Below, piece after piece: positions 26,390 to 41,412 of a stretch of DNA of 64,000 bases; within the stretch, counting starts at the first letter, position 1; each line of letters begins with the position of its first letter. Under the pieces are notes generated by a model, which worked only from the letters and a program-made list of their open reading frames with translations, had not been told where the DNA came from and did no database searches. The stretch covers positions 55,180,001-55,244,000 of the forward strand of contig OZ024748.1 of assembly GCA_964016885.1 (NCBI GenBank), given 5' to 3'. Origin of the DNA: Eledone cirrhosa. Its lineage: Eukaryota. The position numbers and the translations under genes were made by a program.

Positions 26390-27224
26390 TTGCTCAGGTT
26401 ATTTCTTGGAACGTCCCGCTCTTTAGTGTTAGTGGGCGACTGGAACGGGATCTTAGATGCACGCTGGGACTGTGTGGGATTAGTGGATAGGGGAGGAGGG
26501 TGCAAGAGTCTCACTAACCTGCTCAGGCGTTTTGAACTGTCTGACAGGTACCGATTGGATTTCCCGAATGTGTCAATGTGGACTTCGCATAGGGTCATCC
26601 AGATCATATCTAGATAGAGTATTTTGTAGAGAACGATAGGTCTAGCATAGGCTGTCCACAATTCAAGATAGTCAGCTACACGGACCACAAATTCGTGATC
26701 TGTGTGCTTGACTTAGATAGGCTTCATAGACGAGGACTCGGCTACTGGAAGCTAAACGCGTCCTTACCAGCGCACAAGGCCTACCGAGACCGGATTAGCG
26801 AACTAGTTAAGCGGGCGTTGACGGGGGTCATCGTCAACAACAAGTGGTGGTTTGCAATTAGAATAAAATACCAATCAGAATAGAGTCCATTAGGTTTAGT
26901 AAGGCTTTAGCAATAGAGAAAAATAGAGCAGAGGGAGTATTAGTTAGAAAATTAGACGAGGCGCTTAGCAAAGGCATCGCGACCGACGTACTTGCGGCGA
27001 AATTGGCCCTTGACCAATTCTTCAATGGCAAGCACGAAGGCTGCGTTGTCTGAGCTAGGGTGCGTGCTCTCAGACACGAGGGGACGAAAGCCGTTCAATG
27101 GGCCCGAGTGGCGGAGGCGCGTCGTGGCAACAAAGCCACGATCCGGTCTTTGGTGGACCACGACGGGCGCATGCTACTCGATCCCGGGCAAATGTGTAAA
27201 GCTTTTCAGTGATACTTCGCTCAA
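26390..27224 (+). pseudogene. ORF2 APE endonuclease C-terminal half and linker (frameshifted, stops)
   Basis: LVLVGDWNGILD, LSDRYRLDFPNVSMWT, SYLDRV, SYTDHKFV and GYWKLNASL occur in shifting frames. Confidence 0.85.
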
Positions 27225-27848
27225 TTGTTCGGGGGCAGCGGCGGGTCGGATCGAGGGATGGACTTTAGTGTCTGCCTCGACGGACTACCGCGGCTCTCGG
27301 CCACTGAGGCGGAGTGTTGCGAAAAGCCGATAACAGCCGCTGAAGTACGAGAGGCAATGACTAGCTGCACAAGGGGTAAATCGCCTGGTTTGGATGGTCT
27401 GCCCTATGAACTTTACGTACAGATGCCAGACTTGTTCGGAGGCCTCTTGGCGGACGTCTACTGCAACTGGCAAAAGAACGTGAGAATTTCCAGCTCTGTG
27501 AGCCGAGGAGCTGTGGCGCTGCTGAGAAAGGATCCGAACAAGGGGGATAACATAGATAATTTTAGGCCCATAACTCTGCTAAACACAGAGTTCAAGATTT
27601 TGGCCAAGGTGCTAGCAAAGAGGTTGGCGCTTGTCGTTGGTGGTCTGGTGGGAGAGGCGCAGACATGCGCCATTCCCGACAGATCCATCCACGACAACCT
27701 CCACCTCATGCGATACATCATAGAGAGGGTAGCTATGGAACCTGGCACGGGTGGGTCCTTGATCAATTTAGATCAGTCGAAAGCTTTCGATAGGGTCGAC
27801 CATCGTTACCTAGCGGCAGTCCTGAGGGCGGCTGGCTTTGGACGTTGA
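27225..27848 (+). pseudogene. ORF2 reverse transcriptase, N-terminal domains
   Basis: GKSPGLDGLPYELY, NFRPITLLNTEFKILAKVLAKRL, LDQSKAFDRVDH. The frame breaks after AAGFG. Confidence 0.93.
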
Positions 27849-27881
27849 GGGGTCCCGCGCGAACTAGGATACGGAAAATCC

Positions 27882-29258
27882 GTGTCAGCATATGCGGACG
27901 ATGTCAACGTAGTGGTGTCGAACGCCAAACACATCGAGGCGATCGTCACTACACTAAGAGAATACGAAGCGGTGACAGGAGCAATGATCAACCAGGAAAA
28001 GTCAGTGGGCCTGCAGCTCGGCACCTGGAGAGGCAGGTCCATGCCGTCCAACATCATCGTCGGGCGCTGGACGGACGGACCGGTTAAATTGCTCGGGGTC
28101 TGGTTCGGTCCGGATCTCCAGACGGACAAAAACTGGGACGAGGTGACGAGCAGGGTGGCTTCTCTCACCCAGAAATGGGCCGAGAGGAAGCTATCCCCGA
28201 AAGGTCGAGCGGAGGTGGCTAACGCGTATATCGCGTCCGTTATCTACTACCGCCTGACCGTCGTATCTTGTCCTAAGCCCCGCCTGACTGCGCTGGAGCG
28301 TTTGTTCTTTCGCTTTTTGTGGAAGGGACGCGCTCCGATGGTCAGGCGATCCATCTGCTGTCAACACCCGCTACGTGGAGGGCTGGGAATGCCCTGGCTG
28401 TTGATGCGCAGACACGCGCTCAGGCTACGACATCTCCATCTCTTCCTCGACGGTGATCAGGTGTGGTCGCCGTTTGCTAGACGCGTCTTTCCCCAGCTCG
28501 TCTCCTTGACGGAGCTGCAGCCTTGGGTCAAGCGAAGACCGAGAGGGAGCGCTTGGAGACTGGAATGTCTTCAGGCGCTCACAGCCCTCGACCAATCGGG
28601 CAATGTGATCGGTGGAAACTCCACCTTGGCGTTTTATAGAGGATTAGTGGAGGGGAAGAGCGACGACGTACTTGGGGAAACTCTAGCCGTCGACGAAAAT
28701 CAACTAGCCAATCTCTTCGGAAGAACTTTCGGGCCGGGGCCTATGGACAATTTCCAGAAATCCCTGGCCTGGCAGTGCTACCGAGGAGCTTTGCCAGTTC
28801 GGGATAAACTCTACAGGCATGGAGGTGCCGTCAGCCGGGCATGTCCGAGATGCGCGCAGGGCGACGAAACCGTCCTGCACGCACTCGTCCAGTGTCCGAG
28901 CATTGATGACTTGTGGGTTTATGTCGAACACCTGCTGTCGCGTGTAGGACGGAACCAGCTATCAGCTGAGTCCATCGTGAGGATTGTCCCGCCCGCTTCC
29001 TTTAGCCGGGAAGGGCAGGCAGTTTTTATCTGTCTGGTGGCCATGGCGAAAGAGATAGTATGGTGGACACGTTTGAAAGGGCTGAAGACGAGCACTTACC
29101 TCTTCGGTGATGCCATGATTAACTTTTTCAAATTTCATTTGAAAAGGAAAATCAGAGTAGAAAGGGAAGTGCTCTCTTCCCAGCATTTTGTTGAAAGATG
29201 GGTGAGAGAGGCAAGAATGGCGCGAGTGAATGGGCCTACTCTGAGTATGTGTCTGTAA
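27882..29258 (+). pseudogene. ORF2 reverse transcriptase C-terminal part (YADD), thumb and CCHC zinc knuckle
   Basis: SAYADDV, KLLGVWFG, GGLGMP and CPRCAQGDETVLHALVQC in 458 open codons. Confidence 0.93.
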
Positions 29259-29784
29259 ATTAAAGGTGGAAAACTGGGAGAGCGCACTTGCCGTGGTGGT
29301 CAGGGTCACTGTGGCTTTTTAATGGGCTTTCTCCACGAATGTCCCTCGGAAGTCTCCCCCCTATCTGGGGATTTTTTTCATTGTTCTATTATTACATCCT
29401 CTGTTTCTTGTTTTTTACACGCAGAAATGTCCATTTGTACCGTCCTGTATTGTCCTGTACTGTCCTTAATGTCTACTTTATGTAAATCCTTGTGGTTAAT
29501 AAAGAAAGTATTATTATTATTATTATTATTACCATTATCACTAGCAATCAAAATCCATTACGATCGCTGACATCATCATCATAATTAACCCAATTTTTTT
29601 CTTATGATTTTGTTATCGTTTTATTGTTTAATTCAACATTCTCTCAATTGTTTTTCTCAACACAAATTCCATATTTTTTATATTTCTCTTTTAATATTTG
29701 TAATTTACTACTACTACTACCACCACCACCACTACCACTACTACTACCACTACCACTACCACTACTACTACATTATATACAGTA

Positions 29785-30310
29785 TCAGTAATGCACTAGA
29801 GATTAAATCGACATCCTCCTCTCCAAGCATTGCTGGCCTTGTGTCTAATACAGAAACCATTATTTCCGCCCGAGGTTAACTTTATCTTTCATCCTTACGG
29901 GGTCGATAAAATAAAGTACCAGTAATGCACTGGCGATGATTTAAACGACTTTCCCCTTCCCTTCAAATTGCTGGCCTTGTGCCTAAAGTAGAAACAATTA
30001 TTATTTGTGCAATAAAGTACCAGTAATGCACTGAGTAATTGCTGGCCTTGTGCCAAAAGTAGAAACAATTATTATTTTTATTGTTGTTGTTGTTATTATC
30101 ATCATCATTATTATATTCTACGATAGGGCTGTGGATTGGCAGTATCGGCATCATGCTTTGACTCATAGAGTTACGGCCCTTGTTATTCTGAGTTCAAATC
30201 CCGCCGAAGTTAACTTTGTCTTTCATCCTTACAGGGTCGATAAAATAAAGTACCAGTCATGTACTGAGTAATTGCTGGCCTTGCGCCAAAAGTAGAAACA
30301 ATTATTATAT
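29785..30310 (+). mobile_element. Head-to-tail cluster of SINE family A copies and tail fragments
   Basis: Four ttgctggccttg.g.c.aa..agaaac tails. One near full copy lies at 30125-30310. Confidence 0.8.
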
Positions 30311-30687
30311 TCTATGATATTTTAAATAACGTTACTTCAAAATTTTAATTGTTAATTTTTTTTATTCTTTTATTCAATTATGAAGTGGAAAAAAAAGAAA
30401 ACAAAGGAAAGAATGTAGGATAAAAATAACAACAAATAACAAACAAACAAAGAAATAAAAACAATAAAAACAAATAAGATTTCTTTTTTCTCTAAATGAC
30501 ATTCCCAACAGAATGACCGTATTTTACATTCCCACAATTAATTCTATTGCGAATTCCTACCTAATTGTTTAAAAGCAATTTTAATTAATTTTGAAAATTT
30601 ATGATACACACTCACATACACATACATACATGAATAAATACATACATAGGTATATAAATACACACACACATACATATATATATATAC

Positions 30688-30720
<33 letters not shown>

Positions 30721-30763
30721 GATGTATATAAAGATATACACACATATATATATATATAAAGAT

Positions 30764-30815
<52 letters not shown>

Positions 30816-30935
30816 ATATACACATACACACACACACATATATATATATATAAAGATATACACATACACACATATATATATATACACGTATATGTATATA
30901 CATATATAAACATATATATACGCATGTATATGTAA

Positions 30936-30974
<39 letters not shown>

Positions 30975-31330
30975 CATATCTATACATACACACTCATACA
31001 TATATATATATAAATATATATACACATACATACATATAATTATGCTCACACACACACACATCTATATATATATATATTCACACACATATATACATATGTG
31101 GCTGTTCATGTACGTGTGTATTTATGTATGACTATTATATATATATATATGTGTAGTAGAGTAGTATCTGAATACGTGTTGTAAAAAACATAAGCAATCC
31201 TAACCTTGATTTAGATCTAACACATCTTGTAATCTTATTAGTAGATAATTTTCTATAGTAGAACTATTTATTTTTAAGGGATATTAAACAGGTAAAATAT
31301 ATACAATTTATATTCTAAACATATACAGCT

Positions 31331-31417
<87 letters not shown>

Positions 31418-31418
31418 T

Positions 31419-31454
<36 letters not shown>

Positions 31455-31548
31455 CACACGTTCAATATATACGTTCACATACACACACACATATATACAC
31501 ACATATATATACAATATATACATATATACACATTCAATATATTAAATG

Positions 31549-31582
<34 letters not shown>

Positions 31583-31619
31583 CATTCAATATATACATAT
31601 ACATTCAATATATTAAATG

Positions 31620-31653
<34 letters not shown>

Positions 31654-31687
31654 CATTCAATATATACATATACATTCAATATATTAA

Positions 31688-31740
<53 letters not shown>

Positions 31741-31863
31741 CATTCAATATATACATATACATTCAATATATTAAATGTATATACATATACACATTCATAT
31801 ATATTATATATATGTAGTACACATTCAATATATACGTTTATATATACACATATATACATTCAA

Positions 31864-31924
<61 letters not shown>

Positions 31925-32187
31925 TTCAATATATACGTTCATATATTATATATATATATACACACACATTCAATATATACGTTCATATATATATATATTT
32001 ATAATATACACATTCAATACATACGTTCATATATATATATATATATACATACATACACACATTCAATATATACGTTCATATATATATATATATACACACA
32101 TTCAATATATACGTTCATATATATATATATACTCACATTGAATATATACGTTCATATATATATATATACTCACATTGAATATATACG

Positions 32188-32248
<61 letters not shown>

Positions 32249-32265
32249 ACCTTCAATATATACGT

Positions 32266-32296
<31 letters not shown>

Positions 32297-32316
32297 CACC
32301 TTCAATATATACGTTC

Positions 32317-32345
<29 letters not shown>

Positions 32346-32350
<5 letters not shown>

Positions 32351-32505
32351 CGTACAATTATATATATTTGTTTGTGTGTGAATTTGTGGTTTCGTGGTGT
32401 GCGCGTGCCAATGCATATATATATATAGATATGCATTGGTACGCGCACACCACACAACCACAAATTCACACACACACACAAACAAATATATATAATTGTA
32501 CGAAT
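32346..32505. repeat. Fold-back inverted duplication centred on a TA tract
   Basis: aattcgtacaattatatatatttgtttg...ccaatgcata pairs with tatgcattgg...caaacaaatatatataattgtacgaatt. Confidence 0.85.
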
Positions 32506-33636
32506 TAAACAAAGGAACCATTGCAATTTAATTTTGTGTCTTTTCACACGTACTTTATTGTTATAATTAGTATTATTAAGATTATTATTAAAATAAATAA
32601 AATTTTATTTTCATTAATTTTGTTTTTTGTATCTTTAGACAATAAGTGAAAGTAGTTGATTTGCTTTACGTACTGATTGTAATTAAATAGCCAATTAATT
32701 ACATTTATTTTTATTTCTCGCTTTGTTAATCGAATTTTTTGTAGCGCTTATTTTATGTTTTTCATTAGAAATGATTTTATTTGCTATTTCCGATGGAAGC
32801 AAATTGAAAAAAAAAAAAATTATTTTTAAATGAAAAAAATATATGTGTATAATATAGATGAATAAATATTATTATAAAATAAATGAATATAAAACTAAAA
32901 TTATTTTTCTGGAAATTGACTTCTATTCGTATTGATATTTAAATTTTCTTTTAGTTTTTAAATACAAATTTTAATTGCCAACTAATATAGGGAAATTAAT
33001 TCATCTTCTCATCACTGCAATTGAAATAGTTATAGACGTTTTCGTATCACGCAATTAATATGGCACACTCTCTAAAATACATAATCAATCTTTCCACAGT
33101 AATAAAAAAAAGAAAGAAATTCTCAATACCTTTCACTCTGAACGTGATAGCATGACCTGTTAAAAATAGCAGCCAACAATACCTTCTATCCTTCTGGTGT
33201 ATGGAGGTCAACATGATCGGCTATAGACTTCCCCTTAGATTTGAGGTTGAATTCCAGTCAGAAATTATTATACACCACTATTTTCAATTATTATACTTCA
33301 CTATTTTAAAGGTGTGAATAATTTGTACATTTGCAGAATGAGAAGATTTTTTGGTATTCACTTCTATCCATTTAGGTTCTGAGTTCGAAACCCAGTAAAG
33401 TTAATATCACATATATTTAAACCGTTTAATATTAATAGTTTGCCAAGAGGAATTTAATCGCTCCACAAAATTCGGTGACCTATTCTTTATGTTAGAAATT
33501 TTCGTTAAAACCAGAAATATTCTTCAAAACTACATATGCCATTAGGCGCGAAATCGGTTGAGTATTGGAGAAAATAAATTTAAATATTCGTGTTTCTATA
33601 TTTTTAGACTAAGATTAAAATGTTATTTATTCAATA

Positions 33637-33830
33637 AGGGCGGTGGATTGGCAGTATCGGTAGAGGGTCGGACGCCATGCTTTCCAGCATAGTTACGTCC
33701 CTTTACGATCTGAGTTCAAATCCCGCCGAGGTTGACTTTGCCTTTCATCCTTACGGGGTCGATAAAATAAAGTACCAGTAATGCACTGGGTAATTGCTGG
33801 CCTTGTGCCTAAAGTAAAAACAGTTATTTA
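33637..33830 (+). mobile_element. SINE family A, full-length reference copy
   Basis: A-box-like ggattggcagtatcggtag, B-box gagttcaaatccc, central gcctttcatccttacggggtcgataaaataaagtaccag and AT-rich tail. Confidence 0.9.
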
Positions 33831-34059
33831 TTCAATATACAATATCTCACAATTTCATGAAAGGCTATTGCCATTATATAAAAATAATTGAGACTTATTT
33901 AATAAAAACAAAATGTACTACTAAAGGGAACATAAAGGGTAGCAGAAAAAAAAAGAGAAAATCAAAAGTAAAAGAAAAAATGATCAAGCTTCGAAAGAAA
34001 ATGAGAGGAGGGGGACAGTCACAACACCCCATTCTGAGCAGTGCCTCAACTGTATCCCA

Positions 34060-34330
34060 CAAAAAAGGCAAATGCGTTACCGTGGAGAATGACCAGAGAT
34101 ATCCGCTGCAACCACCGCCCCATCCCACGGATTTCTCTCCTCAAGTGGACAACCGTTTTTTCTTTCCGACTTCAAGGAGGAAATCAGCAGTGCGGGGACC
34201 AGGGACGCTAGAGGGGGCCGTTTCATAGACGAAGCTGTCGGTCAGGCTCCGGTATTTGACTATCTTCCCCTCCTCTGAATTGCGGGCAGAGGATCCCGAG
34301 ATTGTGATCGAAACGACATGGTTGAACCTA
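34060..34330 (-). pseudogene. CRE-clade non-LTR retrotransposon, C-terminal restriction-like endonuclease remnant
   Basis: GSSARNSEEGKIVKYRSLTDSFVYET..GPRTADFLLEVGKK, then after a frameshift RWLQRISLVILHGNAFA. This matches the AA..AE..K..KY / QRIS.A.QRGNA signature. Confidence 0.75.
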
Positions 34331-34539
34331 TGCTTAAAAAAAGTAAATATATAAGCGTCTGGTTTTAATATAATGGACTGCTTTCCTTGAACCAAATATA
34401 TGAGCTGATGTCCAAGCTAGAAATAAACATTTAATTAATTTGGTGGTTTCAAAAGTAAGTTATGGAGTTAGTTTGTATCGTTGTCGTTGCTTCTATTTTA
34501 TTTAAATCCTTTATTACTCTTCATATATCTTATTATTAT

Positions 34540-34655
34540 TCAAATCCCGCCGAGGTTAACTTTGCCTTTAAACCTTACGGGGTCGATAAAACAAAGTACC
34601 AGTAATGCAATAGGATAATTGTTGGCATTGTGCCAAAAGTAGAAACAATTATTAT
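34540..34655 (+). mobile_element. SINE family A, 5'-truncated
   Basis: Starts at ttcaaatcccgccgagg. Confidence 0.8.
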
Positions 34656-35614
34656 TCTGACGCCTCTATATTTTCGCACAAGTCGTTGGTTTTCATTCTA
34701 AGTTAAAAAATAAAACAACTCACCGAGTAATCCTTTGCTTTTCACCATTCATGGTCGATATAATAAGCAGTCAAGTACCGGATCAATATATTTAACTATA
34801 ATCATCTTGACCAATGTGAGACGCTTTTAGCGAGAATATACTGAAACAAAACGCAAATATGCATACTGTAGCAACCCCGAAAATAGAAACACGTCAGATC
34901 TGAGCCCGTTCAGGTAACGAGTGTTCCGGTTGTTTGAAAACGGAAAGAGGGTATTCAAACCAAACTTATGTCCCTTGTGTGAATTGTGTTTTTCTTTTCC
35001 TGAACTTAGGCGACAAAGATACAAATAGTTATTTCACTTGTCTTAGCAAAATCATAAGCGACAGAAGAATAACCCGCGAAAATCAGAATTCTTCAACATA
35101 GTATGTAACAATACTCTTTAAAAATATATACCATTAAACGAAAATGGAAACCAGTTGAGTACAAAAACTATTTAAAATAATTATGACTATTTTCTGAAAC
35201 CATATTTATATCTTAAAAAAAAGGTAATCTACTTATATCTTTATTTTGTTGTGAATTAATTTTTCTTACCTCGTTTACTATTAACATGCATATATATATA
35301 TATATATATATAAGTAGATTTATGTGCGCCTCTAAATTTCTTTATTATTCTCTCTACCTATGTATCTACACTTTCATATGTATGACTGGGTATATAAATA
35401 TTATATAAGTTTGTAATTGTGTGTGTGGAAGCATTCGTTAATACATGCCTGCGTCTATGTGGCCTAACATTTACCTACATTTCTTCAAACCAAGCCAGGT
35501 CTGTCTTTACAATTTATCGTCTCACAGTTCACTAATTTTCCTTTGTTAATTATATAACTCCCCACTTTTTCACTTTTAGTTATTAGGTAAACACAAATGA
35601 TTATTATTATACAT

Positions 35615-35810
35615 AGGGCGGTGGATTGGCAGTATCGGTAGAGAGTCGGACACCATGCTTTGAAGCATAGAGTTACGTCCCTTTATGATCTGAGTTCAAA
35701 TCCCGCCGAGGTTAACTTTGCCTTTCATCCTTACGGGGTCGATAAAATAAAGTACCAGTAATGTACTGGGTTATTGCTGGCCTTGTGCCAAAATAGAAAC
35801 AATTATAATA
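35615..35810 (+). mobile_element. SINE family A, full length
   Basis: Near-identical to 33637-33830. attat.atacatag occurs on both sides and may be a target-site duplication. A degenerate - strand copy follows at 35830-35990. Confidence 0.9.
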
Positions 35811-36560
35811 CATAGTGATTTCACATTTAGTTACAAGGCTAAACATTTTGGGGAGGGGCTCAGTCGATAAAATTGACCTAGTTGCTTGAATAGTTGTTTT
35901 ATGAATCGCTGAAAGAGGGAAAGCCGACTCTATTATTTGAACTCAGAACATAAAGAGTCACAACAAAAGACCACAAGGCATTGAGTGCAAAACGATATAG
36001 CTTCTGAAATTTATTTGATTAAATCGAACACTGAACTATGGATATGTATACTATTCTACTGAAACCTGAAAGGACGAGAGTCAAAGCAGTCTCGCGTGAA
36101 ATTTAACACAAATATAAATAATAGTAAATACATATAACAAGGTTCTTTTTTCTGCAACAAGTGTTGAAAATAATTCGCATATGTACAACAAAGTCCTACT
36201 TTATATTTCACTCCATCTTTTAACATTTTATAATAAAAATGTAAGAAAAAATGCACATGAATGTTCGTATATATATATATATATATTAATTTCGTCTCCT
36301 GCCATCACGTAAATTTCTGAATCGGTAGCCAATCGGTGGACGGCATTGTGATGACGCGTAGAGATTTCGTTTGATAATGTTTTACTGTGCTGGCCGTCAC
36401 ATACAGTCAGGGCTGACACAGACTAGAATCGAATTCTGGTGATCGAGTAGAACGTTTGACATTGTTGTAGAAACACGGGAAGAGGACACCAGTTCGTACT
36501 TATACGAAAGTATGACATTAGCGAAACACAGTTGAGTCTCGATATATATATATATATATA

Positions 36561-36910
36561 CTAGCTGACGTACCCAGCTTTGCCCGGGTAAACAGATGAT
36601 AAGAGAAGACAGGTAAAAGAGAAAATGACTGTATTGGATGTTTGTCTGGTTACAGTATGAGGCGAGTACGTGGTGTCCAAAAGAGTAAAAAAAAAATATT
36701 CCAGATATACCAGATTCTTCGTTGTACCGTTTGTGCATAGTATATGAATAATACTAGGTGCTCCCACCTAGAATAGTGACCTCAAGGAGATGGTTCATAT
36801 TCTGCCTGACTATAAATCGTGTATCATTGCATATACCTGGTTGTTCCACGTTTCTCAAAAGGATGATGGAAGTTCCAATCTTTTATATTACATGTAGACA
36901 TAGATATAGA
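36561..36910 (-). mobile_element. Non-autonomous Helitron
   Basis: The - strand begins TC (tctatatctatg...aatataaaag) and ends with the hairpin acccgggc-aaa-gctgggt followed by CTAG. It is inserted between A and T with no target-site duplication. Confidence 0.75.
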
Positions 36911-36924
36911 TAATTAATATAAAA

Positions 36925-37085
36925 GATGATGCTCAGACAGTTCGTCTTCTTCAACCATCGCAGCACGCCGTCGCTGCTTGGCTCCAGTGTTTCATTGGCG
37001 TTGTTCAGCCAGCTCCTCTTCATTCATGGCGGCACGTCTTCGCCTCTGAAGTGCGGCGTTCCGATGGCGCTGTTCGGCCCGTTTT
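36925..37085 (-). pseudogene. 23-residue repeat (STPR-like) coding remnant, probably Helitron RepHel N-terminus
   Basis: KR-AEQRHRNAALQRRRRAAMNEEEL-AEQRQ*NTGAKQRRRAAMVEEDEL. It lies next to a Helitron end. Confidence 0.55.
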
Positions 37086-37716
37086 TAGTAATTCACTTTT
37101 TGATAAAGTCGAATTGCTTTTATTATCAGTATTCATTTCGATCAATAGTAAAAAAAATGACAATAATAAATATAAAAGATGTCCGTCAATGTAAAAAAAA
37201 GTCCCTATTTACTCCCTTCACAACTCTGGGTATGTTAGACTGACAGACAGGCACACAGACAATTAAACTGCGTGGCGATTGTGGAACGCCCTACGTACAC
37301 ACACATACACGCATGGAAATACGCACGCAAACTTATACACGCACACGTGCGCGTACACACACGCACACACTCACGCATGTTGATAGATTTTACTTTCTGT
37401 GGAACGCTGCACGCACGCACACGCACATAAACATACGCGCACGTACATACACACGCACACATGGTAATAGTTACAGCGTTCTCTTTGCCTCTCTGTTTCT
37501 TACTCTCCCCTCTCACTCCCTCATTGGAATTATGCGTATTAATTTAAGTTTGGCGTCTTTGAGGTGGGTGAAGTCGTTTGAAACCTATGAACCAATGATA
37601 ATCGAGAATTATGACACACGAAATACTGACGTTGTTGAAATTAATATATATATTATTCTAATATATATGTCTCGAAATATGATATGTTAGATGATATATA
37701 TATATATATATATATA

Positions 37717-37869
37717 TAGGAATAAGTATGTCCCCGACGGCAGAGCTCAAGCCGTTTCGACGGTTGTTTCTGGACGTGAGCTCTGCCGACGGCTAATTCG
37801 ACGGCTAATTCTGAGTCCAGAATTAGCCGTCGATACGGCTTGAGCTCAGCCGTCGGGGTCTTACTGGTT

Positions 37870-37873
<4 letters not shown>
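37717..37873. mobile_element. Family H8 rearranged inverted pair
   Basis: Contains the full stem II gacggctaattctg-agtc-cagaattagccgtc followed by GATAcggct-tgagctc-agccgTC gggg. Confidence 0.7.
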
Positions 37874-37929
<56 letters not shown>

Positions 37930-38231
37930 AACTTTTCATGTTATATAACACGAACCAAACATTTTGGGCATTCATAGATTTCTTACTTAAAAATGCAACT
38001 ATAAGAGGTAATCTGTCTGTGCACACATAGAGACCCAGCCACATACATGCATATATACATGTTTATGCACATCAAATACGATTAGATGAGCAAGATCGAA
38101 GCTGTCAGAATCACACGTAATCTGAAACAAAGGCATACATAATATATGTGCATGTATTCAATATATTGATTCTAACCATAAATATATATTCCTTTACACA
38201 CTCACACATACATACACACTGATATGTATAT

Positions 38232-39537
<1,306 letters not shown>

Positions 39538-39577
39538 CGGTATTAACAAAAGGAAACTATATTTATAAAACCATATC

Positions 39578-39642
39578 TATTTTAATATACATATTTCAAG
39601 GATACCATGTTAAATTATGGTATGCTTTCATCAGACAAAATA
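39578..39642 (-). ncRNA. Type I hammerhead ribozyme (family H9) in an element at about 39538-39708
   Basis: tattttgt CTGATGA aagcatacca-taatttaaca-tggtatcctt GAAA tatgta TA ttaaaata. Stem II shows a C-G to T-A compensatory change relative to the 16763 copy. Confidence 0.8.
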
Positions 39643-39995
39643 CAATATATACCAGTTTTATAAATAAATATTGACATACCCTTACAAAATGCAACCATTA
39701 CCAGACTATATATATGTATATATATACATATATATATACATATATATATACATTTATACGTATGTATATACATATATACATATATATATATACATATATA
39801 TATACATATGTATATACATATATATATACATATGTATATACATATATATAATTATATATATATACATATATACATATGTATATACATATATATAATCATA
39901 TATATATACATATATACATATGTATATACATATATATAATCGTATATACATATATATAATCATATATATATATACATATATACATATGTATATAT

Positions 39996-40180
<185 letters not shown>

Positions 40181-40181
40181 C

Positions 40182-40233
<52 letters not shown>

Positions 40234-40241
40234 GTATATAT

Positions 40242-40286
<45 letters not shown>

Positions 40287-40289
40287 ATG

Positions 40290-40842
40290 TTTGTCTCATG
40301 GTCGGGCCGTTGGCGACTAAACTGGCAACCCCACCAAGGTTTCTTGGTGAGGAGGGTGACTTTGGACACCCTGCAGGACTAAAAGCAAAACCTGTCAAAG
40401 AGCAAAGGAGCTCTTAAGAGTCAATGGCCATCCAAAATCACAGGGAGAGATGACCCCTTAGCCTTTGTCAAGGCAGAATTCTAGGAGAAGGAAAACTCTG
40501 ATATAACACCTGCAACTCTGATGGTATCCAATGATGTTGACTTGTTCTTCTTTTTGGTAAATATCATCTTGGTTAAGAGAGTCGGACTGGCATTGTGCAG
40601 TGCCTTTGCTCACTCTAAAAGCTTCACGGCACAGGCATTGCTTTATATCTGGAGATCTCTCTACACTTGTCGTCACATGGTACCATGGGCCCAGCACTAT
40701 GTGTCACAGGTGCAGTGTTTGTACCAGAGTTTTCAAGTCGCTGGCTGGACTAAAAAGTGACACTCGTTCAGCGCATCGGTAGGGCTTCTCCTAAAAGGAT
40801 ATAAAGTAGTGGCCGTACTCGAAAACGAGTTGGCAGCCGCCA
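40290..40842 (+). mobile_element. Repeat family R, most complete copy
   Basis: Overlaps both other copies and has (TA)n on both sides. Confidence 0.75.
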
Positions 40843-40926
40843 TATATATATATGTATGTATATATATATAGATATATGTATATATATATATATATATATA
40901 CATATATATAGCATATATATAATCTT

Positions 40927-40974
<48 letters not shown>

Positions 40975-41050
40975 ATCTGTGTATATTTATATATATATAT
41001 ATATATGTTTATATATAATCTTTGTCTCTCTCTCTCTCTATCTATGTCTC

Positions 41051-41142
<92 letters not shown>

Positions 41143-41226
41143 GTTTGTATACATACATACATATATATATAACTTTTGTATGTGTATATATATATAATCT
41201 TTGTATACATATATATATATAACTTT

Positions 41227-41260
<34 letters not shown>

Positions 41261-41288
41261 ATCTTTGTATACATATATATATAACTTT

Positions 41289-41328
<40 letters not shown>

Positions 41329-41367
41329 CTTTGTATATATATATATATATAGCATATATATAACTTT

Positions 41368-41412
<45 letters not shown>

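Larger units (their letters stand above)
26385..29530 (+). mobile_element. Tx1/L1-clade non-LTR retrotransposon, 5'-truncated and internally deleted
   Basis: APE endonuclease motifs (VGDWN, SYLDRV, TDHK), GYWKLNASL, RT motifs, C-terminal CCHC, 3' UTR with AATAAA (~29498) and a (TTA)n tail. GC-rich relative to the flanks. Confidence 0.95.

Noticed and set aside
34831-34912. Possible host exon (ttttag|cgag...ttcag|gtaacg)
   Set aside because: The polypyrimidine tract is weak, the peptide is unrecognisable and no partner exons were found.
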